Shown here in pieces: positions 36,702 to 49,590 of a stretch of DNA of 64,000 nt. The position numbers and the translations under genes were made by a program. Source of the DNA: Macrostomum lignano (lineage: Eukaryota); assembly GCA_002269645.1 (NCBI GenBank), contig NIVC01001371.1, positions 186,001 to 250,000 on the forward strand, in the 5' to 3' direction. Position 1 is the stretch's first letter; each line of letters opens with the position of its first letter. The notes beneath the pieces were generated by a model that was given only the letters and a program-made list of their open reading frames with translations, was not told where the DNA came from and did not search any database.

Positions 36702-36877
36702 CAGTAGCGCAACCAGAAATTTTTTGAGGGGGCGGATTCTAGGGGGTAAAGTCCCGGGAGGGGGAGGGGGCGGAAGGGTGGCTCTGTTTTTTGCGAAAAT
36801 TCGCTTGGTCCCCCTTTGATTTTTTTGGTCTCCGCCTAAGGGGGCGACCGCCCCCCCGCCCCCTGGTTGCGCCACTG
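36702..36877. mobile_element. 176-bp hAT-type MITE
   Basis: TIRs CAGTAGCGCAACCAG / CTGGTTGCGCCACTG match 14/15. The 8-bp flanks TAAAAGAT / AAAAAGAT match 7/8. It is GC-rich within AT-rich DNA. Confidence 0.8.
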
Positions 36878-38493
36878 AAAAAGATAGGAATTTTTAGGTG
36901 GCAGCAGGCAGATACGGTCCTATTTGATAAATTTATTTATTCTCAAGTTTCATTTATTTCCTATTTGGGTTCGGCTATACATACTACACACTACAGATAA
37001 CAGAATTGATTTGGGCTAGAGTTGTTAAGTGGGACGTCTTTACTAGACGTGCGTGCTAATTAAGGCTACTGCTACTAGGCTTCGTGTTTGTGTATTATAA
37101 AGCACATAGCTTTTGTGTCCGTAAAATCCATCTGAAACTGAAAATCGCTTGAATATTCCTTTGGTTTCATCATAAAGTGACTCACTGAAGTCACTCTGGC
37201 CAGCCTTTTCTACAAAAACAGTTATTTAAATTTTTCGCGTTACTGATTATAGCAAATTTTGAAAAGCTTAAAAAGTAAAATTGTAATTTTATGCAAAAAC
37301 AAGAAACTTTCATCTACAAAATATTTCTTTTCATAAGAATTTTAAGTTCACTGCTTTAAAGACCGTTTCTATGTAAGCAATCAAAAGTTTAATTGGCAAA
37401 TTTTACATTATTCATGGAGCTGCGCTTTCCAGTGAGCTAAAACTAATAGTGAGATCTCCACCTAATCCCACGGGAGTAAGCCTGTTATTTATAAATATTC
37501 AGGATATTTAGGAATAATTTTTGAAAATAATTCTGTCATTATTTGAGAATGTGGCATAGAAAACAAGCCCAAAGTTATTTAGATTTGTACGCATTTATTC
37601 AATACTACAGAACAGAATATTCTAAAGTGGCAGTGCGCCAATTATTATTTAGTTTTTATTTACCTGCTATGCAATAAATTTTGGCTTAATTTTTATACTT
37701 CTTAATAGAATAAGTTTTTGGAGTTATATAAACGCAGAATTGTTGAAAAGTTTTACTGTCTTTTTTAATTTATTTCTTTAATAACACAATTTTGCAGTTG
37801 GCAGCACATTTCTAATACATTAGAAAAACATGTCAATTTCGTGATACAGTTATACTGTTTATCATAACTTGAATGGTCTATTCCTTTTGGTGCAATTTTC
37901 AGGTTCTGAATTTCTAACTTGGGATTTTTTGCTTTTGTTTAATTTCTTATTAGTTAAAAAATTGTGTTCAAAAAAGCTACTGAAAATAGGACTCAAACTA
38001 AGACTCAATAAAAAGCTGCGTAAGACTTATTCCGTCAATTTTTATTGAAAGAATGTTGCTTTGGTCCTTTCGATCCATACATTCAAAAAGGGAAGGCAAT
38101 CTTGTTTCCATGCTTAGTTCCAATTAAAATGACACTTATCATTGGCCATTTTTAATGCCTAGTTTATGCAAGAGAATATACTTTTTCTGTAACAGGAATT
38201 CAATTGTCACTTCCCCTCATGTGAGCTGACTAGATTATTGTAATATTTTAGTGAATTTAGCAATTAGAAAATTTATTATAACGGCTATCTATAAAAGCAA
38301 TATTTATTCGTAAGGAGCTGCTGATACTGATCCATATTTTCCATGGCTTTATCTTACAATCAAGTCGATTCCAAGATGTGGCTGCTACCTCTTGGTTCAT
38401 TGCTTGGTTAATAACCAGCTATTTAATTTCATTTTATAGAAAATACTAACTGGGCAATTATGTTAATCTTATTTACTATTGATTATTCTTCAG

Positions 38494-40875
38494 ATGTCGG
38501 ACACTCAGAGCCGCAAGTCATCTCAGCCACAGACTCCAGTGCCAGATGGAGCCCAGGAGCCGACCACAAAGGAGCAGAACTTCCTCACCGATAAGACGTA
38601 CCTGCTCTCAACCACCAACTCAACTGGCATCAACCTCTACGAGCACCTGGTCACCTGCCTGCGTAAGATTCTCGAAGAACGTCCACGGGACGTTGTCGAC
38701 ATCTTCGAGGACATCAGCAAGGAGTGCAAGCGATCGCGTCTCGCCGGCGATGGCGACTCCCTACGCGGAAAGCTCGACCGCAGCACTGAGATCGCTCTGG
38801 CCGAAATTCAGAAGCGACTGTTTAACGTAAGCGCTTGGCTTGGCTGTACATTGTTACTTGTCAGTCAGGACTTGTTGGACTGTTTTAACTGACTAGAATA
38901 GTTCTAATTTATTCTAGAGGCCCGACGGCGACGATGACGAAGCGATGGGCGAGGACGACGCTGATCCGAGGCTGCCCAATCTTCTGCAGCTCGCCTTCTT
39001 CTTTGAGCAGGGCGGCGTAGGTGAGTAGAGATGCCTTTAATTACGTTATGTCAGGTCTTTACCAATAAATGAACACCGCAAATGGGAAGTCTTGTTGTTT
39101 TGTTGTGGGCAATAGATGACCTCCGCAACTCCTTGCGACAGCCAACCTGCACTCACTGAGGCAGCAATTAGGTACCGAACTCCCACAGTTGTTTGCACCT
39201 GCCCTGTAGTTCCTTCTTAACATCAGGCCTTATGAGCGTTAATCGCACAAGTAAGATTATACGAGTAGCAACCCAGGAATTTTACGAGACGTCAGCCACT
39301 TTTCGCCGATCTTAGACAGAGAGCAGGTGGTATAAAATCACTCCGAGATATTCCCTGATTCTATAATTCACGTCTATTTTCCATAAAATTCTCCTCCATT
39401 GCAGGCATCGACAAGGACGAGATCTACCGCATCTGGCTGTCGCTCAAGAAGCTGGTAGACGAGAAGCCGATCGAGAAGCTGCGCTTCTGGGGCAAAGTGC
39501 TGGGCACTGAGCAGAACTACTACGTTGCCGAGGTTGAATTCCGCGAAGGCGAAGGCGAAGAAGAGGCCGAAGAGGAGGCCGAGCCGGAGCGCGACGACAA
39601 GGACGACGAGGAGGGCGAAGAAGAGGAGACGGAGGATGACACTCCCAAGCCGAACTTTAAGCCGGCTCCGCCGGTACCAAAAGAGGAGCCCGGAACTGGC
39701 GCTAACAAGTACGCTTACTTCGTGTGCAACGAGCCCGGAAAGGCCTGGATCCGCCTGCCGAACGCCACACCAGCCCAGATTCACGTGGCCCGGCGAATCA
39801 AGAAGTTCTTCACTGGCCGGCTGGACGCGCCGATCGTGACTTACCCGCCGTTCCCCGGCACCGAGGCAAACTACCTGCGCGCCCAGATTGCGCGCATCTC
39901 GGCCGGGACGCACGTCTCGCCGAAGGATTTCTACACGTTCGGCGAAGAGGAAGAAGAGGAGGAGGACGGCGTCGGGCATGAGTCGTGCGCGGAGAATCCC
40001 GAGTACGAGCCGCCGCCTGTGCGCGCCCTGGCGGACCCTGAGGCCTGGGCCCATCACGTGCTGCACATCCTGCCGCAGGGCCGCACCCGGTGGTGGAACC
40101 CCGTCCAAATTGACGAGGACGAGGAGCTCGAGGACGAAGAAGAGGAAAAAGAGGAGCAGCCCCAGCCCCAGCCTGAGGTTGGGCCGCCGCTGCTGACGTC
40201 ACTGTCCGAGGACGCGCCAATTGACGGCATGCAGCCGTGGACTGTGCGCCTGTCCAGTGGCCTGGTGCAGCGCTTCGCTGTGGCCGTCGTGTCGTCCAAC
40301 CTGTGGCCAGGAGCGCACGCTGTGGCGAGTGGCAAGTAAGCAACGGCGGGCGTCGAGTTATTTATTGCACAAGGCAGAACATTCGTTTTGCATACACATA
40401 GATGCAAATGCCTTGACAGTCGCAGATTCAGAGCTGGTTCAAATTCAAAGAAAGTAAATTACTCACTCAGAGTTACTGGATGACATCATGTTTGCGACAA
40501 ACTGGTACATGTAGTGAGTCCTACTAGGACTCACATCAGACCGCTTCATTCTGTTCTTAGATAGACATGTACTTGCCACACACAGTACTTTTAGTAGTAG
40601 AAACAGATGCTTACACTAGCTACTGAACGCCTCCTCTGTACCGCAGAGTGTGCGAGAACATCTATATCGGCTGGGGCCACAAGTTCACCTCCGAGAACTA
40701 CAGCCCGGCCCCGCCGCCGCCAGTCATGGCGGAGTTCGTCAGCGACCCGGAGCTCAAAGAGACCGATGACCCGACGCCCGAGGAGGAGGCCGCCCTCAAA
40801 GCGCTGCTGGCCCAGGCCGAGGAGGGCGAGGAGGAGGGCTACGGCGACGAGGAGGGCGGCGAGGACGACGATTGA
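38494..40875 (+). CDS. RSPH4/6: Radial spoke head protein 4/6 homologue, ~531 aa, 4 coding exons
   Basis: Exons 38494-38826, 38918-39020, 39405-40335 and 40647-40875 are phase-compatible. Motifs: NLYEHL...[80 protein letters not shown] and [10 protein letters not shown]. Confidence 0.96.
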
Positions 40876-41544
40876 GAAGAAAATAAATTTAGATTTTGAT
40901 AGCCGTGTAATTTATGAGTGACAATTCTGGCCTGCTTCGCAGAAGTTGTTTCTGACAAGCAGCGAAATTAACCTACATTTTATAGCTGCTATTGACTACT
41001 CTGTGACTTCAACATTCCAGCAGCAAGAGAACAATTATGATTTCTAAAGCCTTATCGAGTTACTAACGTATTGCAAACCTCTTGCTCTCGTGTGTTTCAA
41101 ATTTTTTCTTTTGGAACAGAAAAATAAACTAAATCGCGCAAAAGTTTCTATGTTGCTAAAGTTTTCCTGACGGTTATTATAACTAATACGCTGCTTTGAT
41201 AACATAGTTCATTTATGCTCTAAAGTGGTTTTATAAACACACTAAGTCAGTCAACAGATACTGCATGTGATGGAGGCACAGAATAACGAACAGGAATTCG
41301 ATGCCTGCATAATGGAAAGTGCGGAGATCGAAAACATTAAAAATTTTATTTCAGTTATAAAAAAATCATCGTTTACTTTTTCTGGAATTTCATCAATAAA
41401 AAGTCTGCTTCTAGGTTATAGCTAGCTAGTATGATAATAATGATAATAAATATGGCTACAGCGAGTCAAAGGAGTTGGTCACAGTAGTCAAAAAACACAA
41501 TTTCCGAATAGCTCGCGTTCTATCGATCTGAAACAGTCCGACAG

Positions 41545-44089
41545 TTACATAGCAGCATTGCCGTTGATCAACGTCATTTGAATAATGATGACCGAAGCCA
41601 AAGCTACCACAACTGGCAAATAAGCCGCGACAGTTGATCCAGCTGACGTCACTTTTGTTGGTGGCACAACTCTACCACCGCCACCGCCACTGCCACCGCC
41701 AGTGCCACCGCCACCGCCACTGCCACCGCCAGTGCCACCGCCACCGCCACTGCCACCGCCACTGCCACCGCCACTGCCACCGCCACTGCCACCGCCACTG
41801 CCACCGCCACTGCCACCGCCACCGCCACTGCCACCGCCAGCGACCAGCTTAGCGATGACCAGGGCCTGAAAGCCGGTCCCTTCAGATTGGAAGAACGCGA
41901 GATTTGATGCCATAATCGACTGCGCAGTGGACACTGCGCTGCCGCTATTGAGGCGTACAAGCACCTTCACGGCGAAGAACGACACCTGGTAGGTGTTCAT
42001 CACGCTACCAATGTCGTCCCAGCGGTTGTTCCGCAGCGCATCAACGAGGCTGAGCGAGAGGACGCCTCTGGTGTAGGTGGCGTATGCGCTGTCGAGGTCC
42101 GCCTGCTCCTTTCGATAGACGAACACGTTGCGGCACAGCACGATGACCGTCTCGCCGGACGCCCGGTGACTCCTGTGACAAACGAAGCTGTCCGCGCTCA
42201 CGATTCGCATTTCCTGGCCAAACGCATCTGTGATGTCGATGGACTTGCTGTCCTTCGGCACGATGATCACCGCAGTACGAACGTAGATGTACTTTTGATT
42301 AAGGACGGAGTTCAACAGGCCAGCAGCATCCGAAGGCCGCTGGTTAACCGAGGTTCCAATCGATTTTTCAATGTCAGCTCTGTAGAAGTTGTACCAGCTC
42401 TTCATTACCAGGTCGTTGCCGACATCCGCCATTCGGTTAACCACCTGGATTGGTTAGAGTAGGGTATGCAAGTTAATCATGTGTCTCCTTTGGAGAAGAC
42501 GCCAACTACACTGGGTACTAGGGCAGACTAGACCAACAGTTTGATACATGTACTGGCGCGAAAGTACCCTGACCTGGTGAATTCCGTGTGCAGGCGCATT
42601 AATTAATAACTAATCATCATTAGTTAGTTGGTAAGTTTGTACAGTCAGAAAGAAAACCAAATTGTCATCTCACCAGCATCGACTTTTCCCTCCATGCCTG
42701 CCTGTCCGTTGTCAAATTCTCCTTAGTCAGACCGAAGAGGCGAATTTTGGCGGCCGTGTCCAAAATGATCGCCTGCTGGAAAGTGTGGTGCAGCTCCACC
42801 ATCATCTTCAGGTACAAGATCAGGTCGCCGCGAGCGCAGTAGGTGAGCAACCTTGCAAACACGGTTTTGTCAGTGAGCATCTGCTGCAGCTCTAGTAGAA
42901 CTCGCGAGCTCTGGAGCTGAGCTGAAAAAGATGTCGATTGACATCAGCTGCATTTCTTGTGACACTATTTTTGTCAGTAAAAGATTGCGACACAAATGCG
43001 ATTAAACTCACGCAGCTCAGTGTCAAAAATCTTCAATGCTTCCCCTCGATCAGTCTTAGCTCGCTCCAGCATCTCCTTGTACCTGCTAAAGAAACCTCTG
43101 ACAAGAGTCTGACGCGACATCAACTCTCTAGAGACCTGGCCGCACTGCACAACACTCTCTAAGTCTTTGATGGCGTGGAAATTCGCTTCAATCATAGCGT
43201 TCAACTGAAATTGATAATTGAAACAGGGTGTCGCTCTGAATAAAGTTCGTTGTAAAAAATATCAACGCAAACTCAGCTTTGAATAGTTTTACTCTACTTA
43301 TAGTAGACAGACAAGCAATCTGTGCGCCCCGTCAGGCTTAAGGAAAATAATGCTTCAAACAGAAAACCACCCACCCTGAAAGCCAGCTAGCTATCTAGCC
43401 ACAGATATAAGCACTCCCTATAAGCTTTGGCTCAAAGCAGCTGAGCAACCCCCGTAAGCTTTGAAATCTCAGTAATCCCCCCGTGAGCTTTGGCGGACAT
43501 CTCAGCAATACCCCCGTGATCCAAATTGTCTTAGTTGTATTGAAATTGCATTAAGTGCATCACGTATAAAGCGCATAAGCCCATTTAAAGTTACGCTCGT
43601 ACAAAACAGTGTAAGAGCCTTGTTGGCTGATGCACGCTCGGTACGTATTAAGTGAAATGAAACTTAAAAACCAAAGAACTAATAAACTAATGTATAGTGG
43701 TGACTTACCTCAATAAATCGCTTCTCCAGGTAAGAGTACAGTTCAGCGAATTGGTCAGCCTCGTTGAAAAGAACCTTTCCTAAAACGTCAGTCACTACGG
43801 AACTGATGGTAAACACATATGACAGAAGCTTCAGCTTGCCAGGCATTCGAGCGAACGCATCTGCCAGTATCGAGCTCACAGATGACGTCACCTCAAGTAG
43901 AAGCTTTGGAATTTCTCTTTCCATTGCGCTGCTGACATTGGCTTGAAAAGTCTGACGATCGTTGTTCCGCCAGGAGGTTGAAATCCCTGTCTCCAGATCC
44001 GACAGCCGATCCAGACTGTCCTGGGAGCTGCTCGGCAACTGGGCCAACACCAGCAAGATCAGAACGGGCACCGCTTTGAAAAGAAGCAT
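41545..44089 (-). CDS. Uncharacterised secreted/GPI-like protein, paralogue A (~573 aa), rapunzel/cephalotoxin-like helical domain, Gly-Ser linker
   Basis: Exons 44089-43709, 43204-43012, 42921-42674 and 42444-41545. Signal peptide MLLFKAVPVLILLVLAQLP, hydrophobic C-tail. Exon 2/3 sizes (193/248 nt) are identical in all three paralogues. The family call is inference from recalled motifs. Confidence 0.85.
41683..41840. repeat. Coding 6/12-bp repeat (CCACTGCCACCG)n encoding the (GGGS/GGGT)n linker of paralogue A
   Basis: Visible and in frame in exon 4. Absent from paralogues B and C. Confidence 0.92.
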
Positions 44090-44762
44090 TTTCGTATCCT
44101 TAATATAAAAGGCTTAACTTAAAACTGAATGGCAGTCTGTAATGCAGTCGAACTGAGAACCACAGAATCTAGAACTATTGGCGCTGTTGTCATGCCGCGT
44201 AAACAGATCACTGCCAGCTCTATTTATATTAGCTTGTCGTATGCGCTCATGCATCTTAGAGTACATCTCAGTTGGTCAATGACAATAGAAGTGGAACTTC
44301 ACTCTATATTTTAGCACCTGGCTACCTGTCGCATTGCACATCAAGTACAGCAAATCGCTAGTCTTTCTCCACGAACACAAGCTGTTTACTCGTAACCAAA
44401 GCGGTTGTATTAAAAAAGAGAACTTCGCTTTTGCTGTTTACATTACAGTTTGTTTAAATGAAGGAAAAAATAAAATACGAGGGAACGAGCTGTTTTAGAA
44501 AGCATCGTCCAACTCTTACGAGCTAGCTTAATTATATAGCTACCAGTATATTTCTGAATTGTTAATTACGGCGTTTATTAGAAAGCTTTTTAACCTTTTT
44601 ATTATAATGAGATTATTTGAATTCAAAAAGAAAAGAAGCAGCGAAAAAACAAAGGGCGAATATTTCTTTATTTCTCAAGGGTTAGCTACCTACGAGCGTA
44701 GATTAGATCAAAAAGAATATTGTAGGCTACTTTGGAGTCGCGAACTATGCAAGTTAATGAAT

Positions 44763-46633
44763 TCAGTAGAATTTCATAATCAGGATGCTAGCCAGGGTTA
44801 AAGCTGGAGCCACAGGCCACAGACCGGCGATGGCTGCACCATTGGCCTTCACTTTGGCTGGCGGCACAACTTTGTTGACAGCCGACGGTGAGCCGCGCAC
44901 CAGCTTGGCGGTGACCAGGGCCTGAAAGGCGGTCCCCTCGGACTGGAAGAACGCCAGATCCGACGCTGCACTCGACTGCGCAGTTGCCACTTCGCCGCTG
45001 TTCAGGTACACAACAACTCTCACGGCGAAGAACGACACCTGGTAGGTTTTCATCACGCTACCAATGTCGTCCCAGCGGTCGTTCCGCAGCGCATCAACGA
45101 GGCTGAGCGAGAGGACGCCTCTGGTGTAGGTGGCGTATGCGCTGTCGAGGTCCGCCTGCTCGTCCGGGTAGACGAACACGTTGCGGCACAGCACAATGAC
45201 CGTCTCGCCGAACGCTCGGTGTCTCCTGTAGCAAACGAAGCTGTCCGCGCTCACGGTTTGCATGTCCTGGCCGAACGCATCCGTGACGTCGATGGACTGG
45301 CTGTCGTGCGGCACTACGATCACAGCAGTACGAACGTAAAAGTACTTGGTGACCAAGGCGGAGTTCAGGTCGTTGGCTGCCTGCTGTCCGGAAAAGGAAA
45401 CCGTCTTGCTCAGCGACTTGTCCACGTCTTTCACGTAGAAACTGTGCCAGGTGTTCCTGACCAGCTCGTTTCCGACTTCCATCATCAGATTTACCACCTG
45501 AAGCAGAATGTTTCATCTAGCTAAATGATAATTAAGGTGATTATTTTTGGATTAGCAATGAGAACATCAACTTTTCATAACATGTCCAGAATATCTTACT
45601 AGAGACGACTGATTCCTCCAGTATTCCCGGTCAGACGACAGGACCTCTTTGGTCAGATTGAACAGACGAAGCTTGGCTGCCGTGTCCAGAAAGATTGCCT
45701 GATTGAATGTGTGGTGCAACTCAAACATCATCTTCAGGTACTTAGAGTAGTCTCCCTGAGCGCAGTAGGTGAGCAGTTTGGAATACAGAGTCTTCTCAGT
45801 GAGCATCTGCCGCAGCTCCAACAGGATTCTCGAGCTCTGGTACTGGGCTATAGAATGAAAAATACAACAATGCCTCAACAGGTGTAAGAAAGGTAGATGT
45901 CGCAATATTTGATACTCACGCAGCTCAGTGTCAAAGATAGCTAGTGCCTGGCCTCGGTCAGTCTTGGCTCGCCTAAGCATCTCAGTGTATCGGGCAAAGA
46001 AGGCGCGGACTACGTTTTGGCGAGACTTCAGCTCGCTGGACTCCTGGCCGCAGAGTACGATGCTCTGCAGTTCCTTTATGGCGTGGAAGTTCGACTCAAT
46101 CATGGCGTTTACCTGTGAGTTGAAGATTGAGAAAGTTTCTATATGCTTGGTTTAATCTCGGTTAACCTTGGCAACCCCCTTAGCTGCATGTAAACTGTGC
46201 ATTGCAAGGAGCCACCATCATAATACTGAAAGCAATGCAATACCTTGCTAAATTCCTCTTGGAGGTAGTCGTAGAGCTCAGCGAACTGATCCTCTTCAGG
46301 AAACAAAATCTGGCCAAGGATGTCGGCTGCAACAGAAAGAATGGTGAACACGGCGGACAGGATCAATAAAGGCGGAAACAAGGACAGTACGGAGGCGGTG
46401 GCCGCAAAAACACTGGCGGTGATGCCAAGCACCAACTGCGGTATTTATTTAGTCATGGCGGCGTCAACGTCAGTCTGGAAGGTGACCCGATCGTTGTCTC
46501 GCCAGGAGACGGAGATGCTGGTCTCCAGGGCTGTCAGGCGGGCCAGAGGGCTCGGGGTTGGTGTAACCAGCTGACTCGAGGTGGCGGGCAGCCGAGAGAC
46601 AAGTAGGAACAGGATGAAAGCCGCTATAGACAT
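44763..46633 (-). pseudogene. Paralogue B of the same family with an in-frame TAA in exon 1 (pseudogene, null allele or base error)
   Basis: Exons 46633-46244, 46112-45920, 45847-45600 and 45497-44763 have intact splice sites. MTK-TAA(46447-46445)-IPQL aligns with REIPKL (A) and AEIPDA (C), i.e. GAA>TAA. Confidence 0.75.
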
Positions 46634-47508
46634 GGTGGGACATGCGATTCTACTATAGAAATTTATCAGTGGTTCTGCGTTGACTGTAAACACCTTCACT
46701 TCGCATATTTATAATCTTCTGCAAAGATGAGCGCCCTAAGCTAGTCAAGCTCATATTGAACAATAAGCTCGGTCGAATCTGTGACGCTCTGATGTGCACA
46801 AAAAAGTGGAACTTCCACTCCTAAGGGTCTGGACCTGCGTACCGTAGACTTTAGAGGACAGTGCGAGTAAAAAAAAATTTTTGTAGGTACTCAGACGAAA
46901 CAAATGGAAGAATCGGGTGGAGGGCCGTTGGTAACACAAAAAGACACGATTCTTTGCTGAAACTCAATCCTCCACGCGGTGGAAAGAAGCGAGCGCCAAC
47001 AGCGCTGTAATGTACAATAAAAGGGCATGCTAATGAGGCAATAGGTTCTATTACTGCATCGAAATTTATGAAGTAGCTTCTTCTAATGGTCACTCATCAA
47101 CTTTATGGGCATGTTTTTTTCGCACAACACGTCGCTTTCTAAGAGTTACCAAGGGGTGACCAAATCCTTATGCTTCGAGATCTTTGTAAACCTTGCAAAG
47201 ACAAAAACAAAAAAAAACTGCGTAAACGTTTTTAAACGAGTACATTCAGTATTTAGGCCGTAGTCATTACTAAAAAGACCAAAATGGCCACCCCGTAAAT
47301 TTAAAGCCTCTAAAAATACGAGCCTATGTAGCGTAAAAATAACAACATAAAATAAAATTTAAGAAAGTCTGTTCAGAAAGTTTCCGCTGAAAAAAATACA
47401 TGCACACGAATAAAGCCCCAACCCTAAAATGAATCAGTAGGAGAAATACAACTGTAATCTTCACGCATACTGCTCAATAACTACTCGAATTTGTTCATAC
47501 TCTGAACA

Positions 47509-49590
47509 TCAGCACACATTCTTCATCGCGATGCTGGTCAAGATCGCAGCCGCAATCGCAGACCACTGACACGAGAGGGCAGCACCTCCTGAAGAGGGGG
47601 ACACCTTGGCTGGCGGCACAACTTTGTTGACAGAAGAAGGCGAGCCTCCGACCAGCTTGGCGGTGACCAGGGCCTGAAAGGCGGTCCCCTCGGACTGGAA
47701 GAACGCCAGATCCGACGCTGCACTCGACTGCGCAGTTGCCACTTCGCCGCTGTTCAGGTACACAACAACTCTCACGGCGAAGAACGACACCTGGTAGGTG
47801 TTCATCACGCTACCAATGTCGTCCCAGCGGTCGTTCCGCAGCGCATCAACGAGGCTGAGCGAGAGGACGCCTCTGGTGTAGGTGGCATATGCGCTGTCGA
47901 GGTCCGCCTGCTCGTCCGGGTAGACGAACACGTTGCGGCACAGCACAATGACCGTCTCGCCGAACGCTCGGTGTCTCCTGTAGCAAACGAAGCTGTCCGC
48001 GCTCACGGTTTGCATGTCCTGGCCGAACGCATCCGTGACGTCGATGGACTGGCTGTCGTACGGCACTACGATCACAGCAGTACGAACGTAAAAGTACTTG
48101 GTGACCAAGGCGGAGTTCAGGTCGTTGGCTGCCTGCTGTCCGGAAAAGGAAACCGTCTTGCTCAGCGACTTGTCCACGTCTTTCACGTAGAAACTGTGCC
48201 AGCTACTAATGGCCAAGTCTAATCCAACTTCCGTCATTAGGTCGACAACCTGGAATACATGTAGATACTCGTTCAGTGATACATCAAGTATTGCGCGAAC
48301 ATGCATTGGTACACTTCGCTCCTAAGTCACGGAATCAATAGAAATATAGAAATAGAAATAGAACTTAAGCAATCTTACCAATGCCGACTGATTTCTCCAG
48401 AAGCCCCTGTCGGACTCCAGAACATCCTTGGTCAAATTGAACAGGCGAATTTTGGCTGCTGCGTCCAACATGATCGCCTGTTTGAATGTGTGATGTAGCT
48501 CCACCATCATAGTCAGGTACTGCATCAGGTCGCCGCGAGCGCAGTAGGTGAGCAGCTGGGCGTACACAGACTTGTCAATGAGCAACTGTCGCAGCTCCAG
48601 CAGGACAAGCGAGCTCTGGTACTGAGCTGAAAAACCGAGTGACTAAAGATACTCGTACGATATAATGGCGCAGTTGATTTCACACTTAAGAAAAACTCAC
48701 GCAGTTCAGTGTCAAAGATGGCCATAGCCTCGCCTCGGTCAGTCTTGGCTCGTTCCAGCATCTGCTTATACCTGTTGTAAAAGGAATTGACGAGAGTCTG
48801 TCGCGACCTTAAATTCTTTGATACCTGGCCGCACAGCACAATACTCTCCAACTCTTTGATTGCGTGGAAGTTTGCTTCAATCTTGGCGTTTACCTGAAAG
48901 TCAGGGACAAATTATATAAAAATTCAAAGGCAGAATGAAATCTACGAGCTAATAAAACTTTATCTATGTGGGCCAAACAGTAAGGGAGTGTAGACCAATC
49001 GATGACTGTTGCTACCGACAGATGCTAATGATGAAAGGGAAATTCCTTATTTTGCCTCCCCAGCGGGGGGCTTTGATGTCTAGTCGAATATACTACTAAA
49101 TTATGTTCTAAAAATCGGGTCTATATCATACAAATTGTACCTTAATAAACTGATCCTGCAAGTAGGTGTATATATCTTCGAATTGGTCATTCTCGGCGAA
49201 TACAGTCATGCTAAGAACGTCGGCCACCACAGAGAGAATGGCGAAGGCTGGGGTGAGAATTTTCATAGCCGATATTCGCTTCAGCCTCGATATTTTCCTC
49301 GGATCGGTAGGTACGTTAGGGTCGGTGGCTTTCTTCGGATCTTTTTCAAAGATCTCTACCAAGGCCTCCGTGGCGCTGGAGGTGATGCTAACGATGGCGT
49401 CGGGTATCTCCGCCAACAGAGCAGTGTTAACGCCCGACTCAAACATGACTCGATCATTGTCCCGCCAGGCAATCGAAATATTCGTCTCCAGGCCATGGAG
49501 TTCGGCTAATGAATTTGGAGTCAGCTTGCACCGCACTGCTGCGGGCAGCTGGACTAGCAGCAGAGTAAAAACAGCCAGAATAGCCACCAT
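47509..49590 (-). CDS. Paralogue C of the same secreted/GPI-like family (~543 aa)
   Basis: Exons 49590-49141, 48893-48701, 48626-48379 and 48249-47509. Signal peptide MVAILAVFTLLLVQLPAAVRC, C-tail SSGGAALSCQWSAIAAAILTSIAM. Confidence 0.87.

Noticed and set aside
37000-38460. Searched for a canonical RFX X-box upstream of RSPH4/6
   Set aside because: Only partial half-sites (e.g. GTTGTTAAG, GGTTAATAACC) were found; none is convincing.
47153-47296. Short inverted pair GGGGTGACCA / TGGCCACCCC
   Set aside because: Only ~10 bp with a mismatch and no TSD. Too weak to call a MITE.
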